A stretch of DNA of 62,328 bases, filler included, from Collodictyon triciliatum (taxonomy: Eukaryota), in the NCBI GenBank assembly GCA_043381765.1. It is 3 parts of 3 records of this genome, joined end to end, with 100 filler letters (N's around TTAATTAATTAA, not from the genome) between each part and the next. Parts side by side here need not be neighbours in the genome. Positions count along the whole stretch, not along the records: positions 24,128 to 48,018 come from JBHJMP010001105.1; positions 48,119 to 62,328 come from JBHJMP010001128.1; 1 more part is not named here. One strand, 5' to 3'. Under the pieces are notes generated by a model, which saw only the letters and a list, made by a program, of their open reading frames with translations, was not told the origin of the DNA and searched no databases. The translations under genes and the position numbers were made by a program. The stretch's first letter is position 1. The number at the start of each line of letters is the position of its first letter. Shown here one piece after another: positions 46,939 through 58,770 of this stretch.

Positions 46939-47843
46939 CTATCACCAGAGTTTTTCAGTGTCACTTTGGCCTTTTGAATGACATCGCGCTCAACAAGACC
47001 ATCTATATTGAAAAACGTTTTTCCCACCCCGATTGTGGGGATATCCAGTAAAACCCCAAGATGAGATGCGAGGCCTAAGCCTGTAAAAGTGAAGTGTATT
47101 TCTGTAAGTTATATTGTTTTCTGTCAAAATAGTCAAAATTAATAAATTAAGATGGAAAATATTTGATGATCCGGGCACTGTCAACACAATTATAAAGTGA
47201 AGGGTGACCTCTTGGATGAAGAATTCCGTTTCCGTCAACAAAAATTACCTTTTTACAAAAATAATACTTATCTTAAAGAAAAGGAATGAGCGATTTAAAA
47301 AGAATAAGTAGGAAGATCACTTCTGCAGAAAGGTATATATCAGACATTTGCCGTTTTTATATCGAGAGAGGGACTTGCCTGAGGAAACAACTCTGGCTGA
47401 GCATCCATCAACTGAGAACACAATTTTAACAGATGTTCGACTTCTCTAAATGCCAAAAATCCCGGGATATATTCCTCCTGAAGTTTCACCATTTCGCAGG
47501 CCTGGTACAGAACCTGAGGCATTCACAAGATGGTATGATTCATTCTTTTTAAGACACAGACTTATTGGTAGGGAAAATGGTGTAAATAAGATGCATATAG
47601 GGGTGTGAATATAGAACAATGGCATCACGTAGCTATCAGATAGCTTTGGCATCTTTGTAACAAACGTCGAGCTCAGGGTACGAAAGAACCACGAGGGAGG
47701 CGCAAGCATCGACATCGCTGTCCTTGACGAAGCTTATGTCAACCCCGCCAATTCTCTTCAAATTTCCAGATTCCCCGTCTTGAGATAGCAACCAATCATG
47801 TTGATCCTCAGAAATGACCCTCTGGCGAAGTTCGTCTTGAATA
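46939..47843 (-). CDS. ENDOV: Endonuclease V (internal exons; both ends missing, probably in gaps)
   Basis: IGGVDISF, YIPGFLAFRE, VIFVDGNGILHPRGLGLASHLG and PTIGVGK are the EndoV signature motifs. One intron is GC-AG. Confidence 0.95.
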
Positions 47844-47916
47844 CTTGAAAATAGGATGGGAAAAATTACTTGCTCAGAGTTCTAAGAGACTAAGAAAAAT
47901 GATTAAAAAGGACTTT

Positions 47917-48018
47917 TTGTTTGTTTTTTATTGTTTTTTATTGTTTTTTATTGTTTTTTATTGTTTTTTATTGTTTTTTATTGTTTTTTATTGTTTTTTA
48001 TTGTTTTTTATTGTTTTT
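47917..48018. repeat. (TTGTTTTTTA)n tandem repeat at a contig end
   Basis: Directly visible next to the gap. Confidence 0.9.
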
Positions 48019-48534
48019 NNNNNNNNNNNNNNNNNNNNNNNNNNNNNNNNNNNNNNNNNNNNTTAATTAATTAANNNNNNNNNNNNNNNNNNNNNNNNNN
48101 NNNNNNNNNNNNNNNNNNATTTTATTATATTTTATTATATTTTATTATATTTTATTATATTTTATTTTATTTTATTTTATTTTATTTTATTTTATTTTAT
48201 TTTATTTTATTTGGTAAATCTATATAGCTTTAATATCAATATGTAACTATATCAAAGTAATGAAACAAAGGAAGAGTTTGGTGGGAAGAAAAAAAGTGAT
48301 GCCACGTGTGCAAAATTTCGCGAGTTTCGGGGGTGGAAAGTACGTTCAATTTATCTAAATCATTCACATGCCAACTCATCAAGTTCTTTCGTGGCGGAAG
48401 AAAAAAATGTATCGCATGCTGGGTATCTCAAGCTAATGTTACATAAAACTCAATGGTATTTATAGTTCACTGGGTGGCGTCGGCGGTTTGTCCCTCCATG
48501 CCCCCACAGTTTCAGATTCAGCATCTTTTTTTTT

Positions 48535-48560
48535 CTTTGAATCGAATAAAAGGAAAAAAA
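48535..48560 (+). mobile_element. Micro-retroposon copy with a 13-bp TSD
   Basis: CTTTGAATCGAATAAAAGG-A7, with ATTCAGCATCTTT at 48516-48528 and at 48562-48574. Confidence 0.8.
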
Positions 48561-49124
48561 TATTCAGCATCTTTATTTATCTTCACAAATAAAATATTCA
48601 TTCTCTATATTTTCTTCTTTTTTCTCGAATCATTACAGATGCCACCTGGCTCAGTCGATAATTCTGGCCGAAATCCAAATACGAACAAAGTTTTGTCAAT
48701 GGTCATCATCGATAAGAAAGCCAGGGACATAGCACAGGCATTTGTATGACTCATCATTTCTCTAACACCATTTTAATTCTTGCTTGCGTGTACAGACTTC
48801 AGTAATGGTGAAATTTGGCACTTTTTAACATATGTATGCTTTTAATTGTTTTTATTTCTCAGTATATTTTCTTTCTTTCTTTCTTTCCTTATGGCCGCAC
48901 CCATGAAGTATGAAGAGGATGTTGTGATTAGATGCAGTAACCATTTCTTTCGCTTACGTGTGCAATTTATAATCCGGCTGTTGTGCGCACAACGAAATCT
49001 ATTTTTAGTTCTGCATAGTGAAAAATCAACAGTATTTTAAATATAGTATATATTACTTACATTTATGGAAAATATAATATCAGTATATTAAAAACGCATT
49101 ACTTCATTTTTTAATGTTTTTGAT

Positions 49125-50142
49125 TTATCTTTTGGCACAAGACGCTTGCATATCAGAACCAGTAGAAATATATCCAACCTGGGCTCTAATACGCCAGATG
49201 TGGTCTGTCCGCTTTGTGGGCAGCTGAATCCGGGCATTATTAACGAAATGATTCATCTCCAGTCGTACACTTACCAAGGTTGAATCAGCGTTCACCACGA
49301 AGATCAGAGCAAGGCAGGAGCAAGTCAGGAGCAAGTCAGGAGCAAGGCAGGAGCAAGGCAGCCTCAACACGTAAGCAGCAGAAAAGCAAAGACCAACCAT
49401 GTCCCGCCCTCACATACGCACCCCACCCTTTCCACAACGCACCACCTGACCCCGCCGTCCGGGTTGTGCATAAGCAAACCACATGGGCGTTGGGCTGTTT
49501 CCTGGTGCAAGAGCAAAACACGGTCAGTCCCTCGCACACAAAACTGCCTGGGCTGACTCGCCAACTGCACACTGCGGAGGGGGAAAGCTGCGGCTTCTCT
49601 CTTTCCGTGGGTGTGTCACTTGCCTGTGCTTCGTCTGCAAGCCTGCCAGTGTCCAAGTGTTGGCAGACATGTCCGCCCCCTCAACTGTCGTGACTCAACG
49701 GCGTGTGTCTTGTTCACCTCTTTATGTTTCCTCCTGTCACCCATGCCGAGCCACTAACCCAGCCTGTTTTACTCTATCGTTGCACAGACTCACTTGCTCG
49801 CAGATTCCAACTCAGACCTGCCACCTTTTTCCGTTCGGCAATGGGTTGTTCTCTCCCTCGTCCCCTCTGTTTCAATAAAGCCAAGCTGAGAAGGCAGAAA
49901 GAGAAAAAATATTGCCCGAAGTTCTTTCGCAAAGTCTGTGTCGGCTATTCGCTTTGTCTGACGGGATTTAGATCCTCCCTTCCGCCCTGTGCTGTGTGTC
50001 CAGAAACGTCCATTCCAGAAACACACGCCGGCTGCAGGCGCGTACACATGTCAGGCCTGGGCCAATGCGTCTTCATACCAGATCTGGAAAATAACCAAGT
50101 GGCGAGACGAAAACGGCAATTCCCGGTGTGGTGTCTTCCATG
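49125..50142 (-). CDS. Possible multi-exon hypothetical gene
   Basis: GC-richer segments with plausible splice sites (MEDTTPG..FPDL; ETAQRPCG..ERVG/VRLEMNH..CAKR*). The middle exons could not be resolved. Confidence 0.25.
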
Positions 50143-51074
50143 AAGTGTTGCCAAATATCGACATATCTTCCGCAACCACCAAAGCGGATGGAAGGAAACG
50201 AAAAGCGAAATAATTTCTCCTGTGCGAATTACTTTTTTTTTCATTCTTTTTTTGAAAGGGATGGAATCACGAAGTCTATCAAAAATCTATTCATCCCTCA
50301 AATACTTTCATATATATATTATTTTTTTTTTGTTAATTTTGCTTCACACAGCGCGCGGTTTACTTTTGATCTGTATCCGTCGGGTGTGGCTCGGGAGAGA
50401 GAGAGAGAGAAAAAGTCATCTTCTCTCCGTCAAATACGCCCAACCCGCAGCGGTCACATTGAAGCGCACAATCAAAAGAGCGCAGGAAAGAAGCGCTGTA
50501 AGTTTGGCACATCCTTCTTTCACTGCCACACAGTTGCTCCCCAAGACCAAAACCAAAACACAAATAAAAAAAAAGAAAAGAAAAGGCATCACGAGCGAAC
50601 TGCTTGGCTTTATGTTTGCGTGATAGCCACAGAGACTCCGTTGTTTATGTTTGAAAGGCCTGATGATTCACCCAGCCCCTCTTTTATTATATCTTTTTCT
50701 TGTTTCCTTCTTTCCAAGAGAGGAGTGCACAACCAGCGTGTAAAACAGCAGCAGCGCACAAGAGAAACGAACCCCACGTGTCTCGACTCCGTTTTTATCC
50801 TGTCCAAACACACACCCACACCCAAAAAAAAAACAACAACTATAGAATAGACTGAAAGAGTAAAGCACGAAACTGACCAACACAACCCTCCGAATCAGTC
50901 ATTGACAAACAGATCACCCACACATCACAACCAAAGCAAAGGAAATCTTCATCCCATCCATCCCATCCATCCCACCCACGCAGTGGCACCACACCATGAA
51001 GCAAAGCCTGACACTTTACTCTCTCCACACAGATCATTCTCCTGAAACGAAAAGAAAGGAAGCCTGACAAACCG

Positions 51075-52265
51075 ATGGACTACGGACATCACAGTCGCGG
51101 ATGGGATGAATGGGCCGCACAGATAGGCTACTCCGAGACAGCGCATGGAATTGGAGATGACGACTTCCTGTCTGACGGGATTGGACTGGCAAGCTTGACA
51201 GGTCTGACCGTTGACGTGAGCGGAGTCAGCAGCGAGATGCGCATGCCTTCGTGGGAAACGGCGGCCGAGTATGGCGAGTTTTTCGAGTTTATTGGGGCGG
51301 TGATGCAGCAGACGCGCAAGGCCATGCAGAAGACCGTCAACATCATCAAAAACATTTTCAAGCGCTACGAAATCCCGCCAACCATTGCACATTTCTTGCA
51401 GGCTGCGGTTGAGCTGCTCATCTGCCATCGCCCGCCTCTCACTCTGGCCCTCAATATGGTCAAGCATATCCTTGCCCAGCCACCCGACGCTCCACAGCCG
51501 CTTTCCTTGTCTTCCATTCTACCACAGATGTTGTCCCAACCTCAATCACAAACCCAGCCACAGCCACAGCCACAACCGCAATTGCAACTACCACAGCAAT
51601 CACAGCCACAATCTCATCCACAATCATTCCGCCCACGCCCAACCCCGCAACTGCGTCCCTCTCACTTCCCCCCGAAACCCCATCCTAACGAGCATAGCTT
51701 GAATCCATCCCATACGTACCCTAACGCTAATCACAACCACAACCATAACCATGGCCAAAGTATGCACCCACCACCATCTTCATTACTGAATCCTCATCCG
51801 GGCTATCATCCCAGACGCAGCCAGCCTGCACAACATATGCCTCACCCGACAGGGTATCACCCGCCTGATAATCAGCGGCCATCTCTGTCTGTCACGGAGT
51901 CATTTGCTTCTCTTCGATTGAATCACCAAGCATCACAGCAGCAACAACAACAACAGCAGCAGCATTATTATCCAAATCAGAGTCATCTCCAATATCAGCA
52001 GACACATGCAGCACCCACCCCCCAGTACACAAGATATGCGCAGAATCCACCTCTGGTCCATCCCCAGGTGAATCTTTCCGTGTCTAACTCTACTCAAAGT
52101 ATCACCCCGGCTTCTTCTCAAAGTGCCACTGCTGCTCCTGCCCGCTCCAGATTCGGCTGGGCTTTAGAGGACCCGGATTCAGACTCTGATGAGCCTTACA
52201 ATCCACCCCAATGGTCTCACTCGTCCCTCTTCTCCTACCAGCCACACCGCCCTCCAAATGCATAA
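51075..52265 (+). CDS. Intronless hypothetical protein: helical N-terminal region plus a long P/Q/H/S-rich low-complexity tail
   Basis: 396-aa ORF with an ATG after an A-rich leader, GC-rich coding composition and a poly-Q run. Confidence 0.75.
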   Translation: MDYGHHSRGWDEWAAQIGYSETAHGIGDDDFLSDGIGLASLTGLTVDVSGVSSEMRMPSWETAAEYGEFFEFIGAVMQQTRKAMQKTVNIIKNIFKRYEIPPTIAHFLQAAVELLICHRPPLTLALNMVKHILAQPPDAPQPLSLSSILPQMLSQPQSQTQPQPQPQPQLQLPQQSQPQSHPQSFRPRPTPQLRPSHFPPKPHPNEHSLNPSHTYPNANHNHNHNHGQSMHPPPSSLLNPHPGYHPRRSQPAQHMPHPTGYHPPDNQRPSLSVTESFASLRLNHQASQQQQQQQQQHYYPNQSHLQYQQTHAAPTPQYTRYAQNPPLVHPQVNLSVSNSTQSITPASSQSATAAPARSRFGWALEDPDSDSDEPYNPPQWSHSSLFSYQPHRPPNA

Positions 52266-53024
52266 CAAACTTCGTCCTTGCGAGATAATTTCTTATTGGA
52301 TTGTGCCATGGTACAAAAGGGACTCTAGTTTTTCTTTTTCTTTTGCCTCGCTGAGCACCCATTTATGAGCGTAGATGGCAGTATGATTATTTCTGTCTCT
52401 ATTTTATTTTTCAATCTATTATCCTTTTTGCGAACCTTGTTTGGCGCCATCTTTTTCTACCAAAACGTCCTGTTTCTGATTGGGCTGGGTGGTAAATCAT
52501 CCCCCAATATTCTTTTCTTTTTATTGCTGCACACACCACCATCCCCTTCATTTTTTTTCTTTCATATTTCTTCCTCCCTTCAAAAAAAAATGCAGATCTT
52601 TACACACACACGAAAAAAGAAAAAAAAAGGCAGACAAATCGATATCTCGTTCGGTTGTTTAGGTCGTCACGATGCAAGCACTCACAAGAAAAGGCGCGCT
52701 AGTCAATAAATAAAGGGTATGAACCCCTCGTCTCACTATTTCTGTCCAAAAAAACGCAGCTCCTTTCCAGCGCCATTATCCCATATATCAAAGATAGACT
52801 TCATTGGAGGGAGAGAAAAAAATACTTGAACAGATATTAGTCTTGAGGCAGAGAGAATTATTCCATTATATCAGAATGCTTAATCAAGGGTAATAAAGAA
52901 AAAGGAGGGTGGATTCAGTTTTACTTGTCTTTTTTTATTTTATTTGATAGCGTGCGCGGTGTGCAGGAATTCAGCAGTACTGCCATAACGTGGATGGATT
53001 TTGCAATTCTAGTTCCAGCCTACT

Positions 53025-56000
53025 CTACTGTTCTGCTGTCTTTAAATCCTCTGTAGTCACCTTTCGTCGCTTCCAGAGAATAACCACACCAGCGTTGTCG
53101 CACGAGGCCAAGAGACTCTCATCATAATTCCAAGAAACGTCGAGGACCTGAGAATAATTGTTCATGAATGTTATCTCCAAACATAAAGAAAAAAATATAT
53201 CGTCCTGTTCACAATATATCGATTTATCGAAGGGAAACCCACATATCGTGAAATAGCGATAACCCCGTTTTTTTTTTTTTTTTTGTTTTTTTTTAATTTA
53301 TACTCGTTTAATATCTTTTTAGATATATGTAAAGACATTGGTGCTCACAAAATCAGGTTTAATGTGTTAATAAATTGAGTATTACTTCTCCTGAGTGGCC
53401 TTGGAGTTTATTGATACAACGACTCATACGATTGACCACATCAAACATATAAACATTATGGTCCTCACTTCCAGTCACTGGACCATGTGTTTGTGTTAAA
53501 TTTGCTTTTGAAAGCAAATGCATTTTACTCATTTATAGTATCGATATAAAATTCTATATTGACTTACCAATGCAGGCTCCATTTCTGAAAGAGATTAAAG
53601 GACAGAAAATACTGTGTATAGTGTGCTTTGTGTGTGCAACTTGGTATTGTCGCCGTAGTGTGATGCGGGTGTAATTTGGCAGGATACTATTGAATATCAA
53701 AAATTAATCCCCATTCCAAAAAATTGAAAACTTTAGCAAGTTACATATTCATCCGCACCTGGCCATAAAATGATGTAAACAACATTATTAGTAAAATGAA
53801 CACTCTTTTTTGTTGAAAAATATAGAGGCGGAAATTCTTACTTGTAGACCTGAACGAGGTTGTCTGCAGTGTTTATCAACAAAGAGGGAGAGGGTTGTTG
53901 TGACGACTGCCAGTTGCTGAATTGCAAGGATGTGACACACTTCCGAGTCTTTGATACTAAATCTTTACGAATGTGGCGGAGTTGGCCAGCAGCAGTGCAT
54001 GAAAAAATATGAACAAAGCCCTGTTGGGAAATTATATTAATATTAGAACACCCATTTAAAAAAATCTATGTGTAGTTATTCATCAAAGTATTTACTTCAA
54101 TGATGAGAAAGTGTACAGTAATTTTTTCTTTATTCGATTCAAAGTGAGAAATCAAATAATAATAATAATAAAAAAAAAAAACAATAGTGCTGAATATAAT
54201 TAAAATCACCTTTGATGTGCCAATAAAGAGGATATCGCCTTTGTTGTCAAAAGTAACTGCGTGCACACTGGAATCAGCTTGGTGTGACTGGATTGGCCTT
54301 CCAGTGCTCAAATTGTATGACATAATCATTGACGCAGCCAAACCAATCTGACCGATAGAAAAAAAATAGGGTAAAATGGTATTATGATTGAACATTCCTA
54401 TAATTGATAAAAAAAAATCTAAAGAAACTGCACCAATAGTAATATGTATACATCGTGCGGGGAAAAATACCTACCACAAACATGTTGCTATTATTTGGGT
54501 GAAACCGAACGCACAAAGAAGGTCCATTCGTCTATTAAGGATACTGATTAAGTCTCTCCATTCGCGACTCAATAGAATATTTGGACATGAGGATGAAATA
54601 TTCATATATCATCGAGATGAAAAACTGGGATAGCGTAGTATTTTTTGCATTCAGTTGATTCAGTCCAAAGTTTGAAAATAGATTTTTCATGAATATATCA
54701 ACTTAGGGATAATAAATATATGTATTGTTTACACGAAGCTCTAGATTTAAAAATATGTACAAAATATTAGGATGTGCAAAAATAAGTTCGAACCTGAAAC
54801 TCTCTCACAGATGCTCCAGTTTGAGCGTCCCAAACACGCACTGTATGGTCGAAGGATGTTGTCACGATATACTCATTTGTTAAGGACCAGTTCAGATCTG
54901 GAATTAAGTACGAATGAATCACATACCAAAAAGAAGTGAATGTTATGAAAACGTAACATCATTACCACAAAATAGATTGTCGGCTCAAGTTTCGCGGCCC
55001 AGCATCCCTCAATATCCCCATAAAAAAACCAAATAGAAATTGGCAAGTAGTTTCCCACCTGATACCCCCGCAGAATGTCCTTGAAGACGACGCACAATTC
55101 CTGGAATGGGCAATGCAACGGCTATGCAAACTTGACCATCCATGTATCCAAAAGCAATCAAATCCTTGCGATTATTTGCAAAGCGCACACTGGTCACTGG
55201 ATGAGTTTCAGCCCATGTTGCGGTTTAGAAAAGAACGATCTTTTAGTATCATAAAATCCACTTGTATTGTTGAATATAAAAATATGTGCTTCGGGTTTCT
55301 TTCTATGTATTATTTTTTTCCTTTATTCGATTTTCTTTCTAGTTATTATAAAAGAAAATGGCGTTGTTTTAAAAAAAAAATGAACCGGGAGAGCTGTGTT
55401 CGAAAATGTGATGCATCCCGACAAAGGCATAAGCTGAAGACAGAGAATCAGCCATTCCTTCTCCTCCTTGATTTTGTGGGTAAAATTCGTCTGCATCAGA
55501 TGAAATTGTTGAAATAACATCAGACGACGATAGATCCACCTAGTACATGCAATATAACTATTATATTATGATCCTGCTCTATAAAAAGATTAGCTAAAAT
55601 CCATCATTCAAAATTCTGCAAACTGCTTATTCCTTAAATTAAATATTACTTGGTAAGTATTGGTGCTATCACCAGAAAAGGAGCTTCTAGATTATCGTGT
55701 ATATAGTTAAAAATAATATTGTCGGACATACCATGAAGTTGGAACATAGCGGCAATAAAATACTCGGAGATTAAAATAATGCGTATTGGTTCTCTTGGTG
55801 ATATGAAACCAGATACCTTCTGTCTGGAATGCAGAATATCTTTTCAAGAATCATCACCCGACGAGTGAGATAATCATTGCGGCGATCTGCTGCTCCCTAC
55901 ATCCATTTAAAAATTAAAATAAAATAGAATGAATAATTTGCTAAGTTACATCGAGAGCGTCATAAATGATTATTGATGTCAAATCCATCCCTTTTTTTTT

Positions 56001-56554
56001 TAAGCCACAGGAAAGGAGAGGAATCCAGACGAATCAGACAAATGAATAAAAATGCGCGCATTCATGCATAATCAGCAACAATAGATTGTATTTTAATTTC
56101 ATTCCTTTGAATCGAATAAAAGGGAGAAAGTCTTGTAATTACATTCGTTGCGAGTTTCTCCTGTTCAAGTTTCCTTTCGAGTAGCTCTCTGCGGCGATCC
56201 ACATAAACGTCGGCATATCTCCGGCTATTTTTTCTGCGTTTGCAAACGAGGTTTCTTTTTAGAAAAAAGTAAACTGTTTGATATAATAATGAGAAAATGA
56301 TTTATCTCACTCGAGTATTTACTAAAGGTAGGCTGTTGTCAATGACAAAAGAGCGGAACAGGGAAATACCTGGTTGGAAACGTCGCCTTTGACGAGCATC
56401 GGGCATTGCGGCGAACAAAGAAATGGTAGTCCGAGGCAGAGATCAAATGGACCAGTGAGTTTGGACTGTCGTGTGGAATCGAGGAAGTCAGCGCCATGAA
56501 GGACGACGGTGTGCTTCTCGACGAGGACGAAGACGAGCCCTTGGACTGAGACAT
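53025..56554 (-). CDS. WDR13: WD40-repeat protein, WDR13-like (about 12 exons)
   Basis: [57 protein letters not shown] and LQGHSGEVLDVSWNYDESLLASCD..VILWKR match WDR13. Confidence 0.9.
54122..54144 (-). mobile_element. Micro-retroposon copy in a WDR13 intron, TSD degenerate
   Basis: Minus strand reads CTTTGAATCGAATAAAG-A6. Only TGAGAAA is shared between the flanks (54104-54110 and 54145-54151). Confidence 0.65.
55314..55331 (-). mobile_element. Micro-retroposon copy in a WDR13 intron
   Basis: Minus strand reads ATCGAATAAAGG-A6. Flanks 55296-55313 and 55332-55349 match at 16/18. Confidence 0.78.
56105..56130 (+). mobile_element. Micro-retroposon copy whose TSD spans a WDR13 splice donor
   Basis: CTTTGAATCGAATAAAAGGGAGAAAG; flanks 56089-56104 and 56131-56146 match at 13/16. 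Confidence 0.72.
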
Positions 56555-56630
56555 GGCTTTGTTGTATTCCGGGGTCTCCTCTTTCTCTGTTGCTTTGATT
56601 GTCCTTTTGAACTCGGTAGACTGGAGGAGG

Positions 56631-56684
56631 GTGAAAGCGTGAAAGCGTGAAAGCGTGAAAGCGTGAAAGTGTGAAAGCGTGAAA
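56631..56684. repeat. 8-bp tandem repeat (TGAAAGCG)n upstream of WDR13
   Basis: About six copies are directly visible. Confidence 0.85.
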
Positions 56685-58770
56685 GAGGCAAGCACAAAAA
56701 GAAGAGTAATTGCTTTGCTTTGCTTTGAATTGGTTTGTTTGATAGATGAAGGCGGCGGAGGACAGTGATCCGGCAAAATAGGGAACAAGGATGAAAAAAA
56801 AAAAGGAGTCGATCGCCTGCGTTGTCCTTGATGTTTAACAAGGTGAGATACTGGATGATCAGCTGAGTGTGTTTGGTGACTCAAGTTGCACACGCGGCTT
56901 TCTCAGCCGAACATGCTCCTTAGCGGGCAAACATTAAAAGAAACCCCCGTGGGAGACTAAGACAGCTGGTGCGAACAAGAGAAGAAACCGAGATCTTGTC
57001 AATCCGCATAGAGGCTACTTGCATTTTCATTATATCTGGAAATTACATATTATTCAATAAATTTGTTATGCCATGGAGATGTATACATTATATGCACAAA
57101 ATTTTGTATCATATGATTATAGAACATGAATTGGTAAACTTCCTACATGTTACTTGTTGGTTTCACAAGGATGGTGATTGTGAACGCAGATAATGAGTAG
57201 ATTTCCGGGGCGAGTGGACAAACTGAATAACCTTTCGTTTCTAGCTTGCTTCCCAAACAACACTGTTGTATTATGTGCACTCATCGCATATTTACAATAG
57301 TTGATTCTAATCTAACGAAGGAGAGTTGTAAAATAGTATAGAAATTCTATTTTCCGCTATCAGAAACATCAGATTTTTCGCCAGTTTCCCGTTTTTCTAC
57401 ATTCGGCAAAGAAGGGTGCACTACACCGACAACAAAATATCCATATAGAGCTAATAACGTCTCCAATTTATTTTGACAAGCTATTACAGAAAATTAGACA
57501 TAATAACTAGTGATATTATCAGATAAATTAGTAAATTTCAGAGCGAAATCGCTTAGCAATCAATCCAAAGCCATTGACGGCCTTTGTCTCCTTAAGGAAA
57601 TATATCCGGTACATATATGGTAAGAATCGTGGGGTGACGACAATTGTCGTCCAAAAGCGTGCTCCCAACTGGATTCAGAAAACTATTTTTCCAGAATAAT
57701 CGATTCTATCCAGAAAGGTAAAACAACGAAATTCCAAATGAGGCCCATGAGGCTAAAACCGTGCATCTCCCAAAAGAACGCGCTTCTTGATTGAGAACGG
57801 CCAAAGCTGATGGCAACGAAACAAACAAAGCCTGTATAATAATCACACCACGACTTTTTCACTGGCTCAGTTCGGCTGGTTTTCTGCATCACGAAGCGCG
57901 CGGCTCTTTTGGATCAGTTCCTTCACGAAACAGAACATAGACGCACACTCACCGCGGTTATTGTCGCACACAAATATGAGTACAACTAACAGAAGAGAAC
58001 AGGACTAAAGAAAAAACTATGTGTGCGGCCCGTCAGTTGCCCATGGGTTCATTGAGACAACTGAGCAATGTTGTTCTTTCCTAGACCAAAAAAAAAGAAA
58101 AAAAAGAAAAAAAACCAAAAAAAAAACCAAAAAAAACCAAAAAAACCAAAAAAAACCAAAAAAACCAAAAAAAATGCAAGTGAGCAGAGCTGAATAGTTG
58201 ACTTGGAATCGCCCAGTATTATGCGGGCGCCTTCTTCTCTTGAATCTTTCCATTATCCCAGCCTCCCACTGCTATCCCCAACTCCAACTTGCACTCCCAA
58301 AGTCACGTCTCTGCTCTGCTCTGTTTTATTCTCTGCACTTTTTTCTTTTCATTCGAAGGCTTTTCTTTCGACTGCTTTGGTCGGCCTGCTGGCTTCGTGA
58401 AAGAGCCTCTAACCTGTCCAGGCGACTTTTCCCTCTTTGCAGCCCCGCCTGCATTCTCCTGCAAACCGCCAGCCGTGTCTAACTGCTTGTGTGTCGCTTT
58501 GGGCAGAAGACTAGTCGCCTCGGCCTGCAGACTTATCCAAGAGCAGAATGAGCAACTCGGTTGTCTCCTCCACACACAATTCCTCCCGGCGGACGCTAAG
58601 CAACGTGGGCAAAAGCAGCACAACCGGCCTTTCGTCCGACCCGAATGTACGGTACCTCCACCAGACACCACCTTATGCCCTCCTTGCCCTTGCCCTCCAT
58701 CCCTGCCTTCATCGCCCTTTGAGGAGGAGACAGGAGCAAAGTCTCCGAGGGACTCTTCCTCACAGGCAAC

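Noticed and set aside
55730-55850. Possible frameshift in WDR13 exon 3
   Set aside because: The frame is restored by a 31-nt mini-exon or by the alternative donor CTG|GTTTCA; no frameshift is needed.
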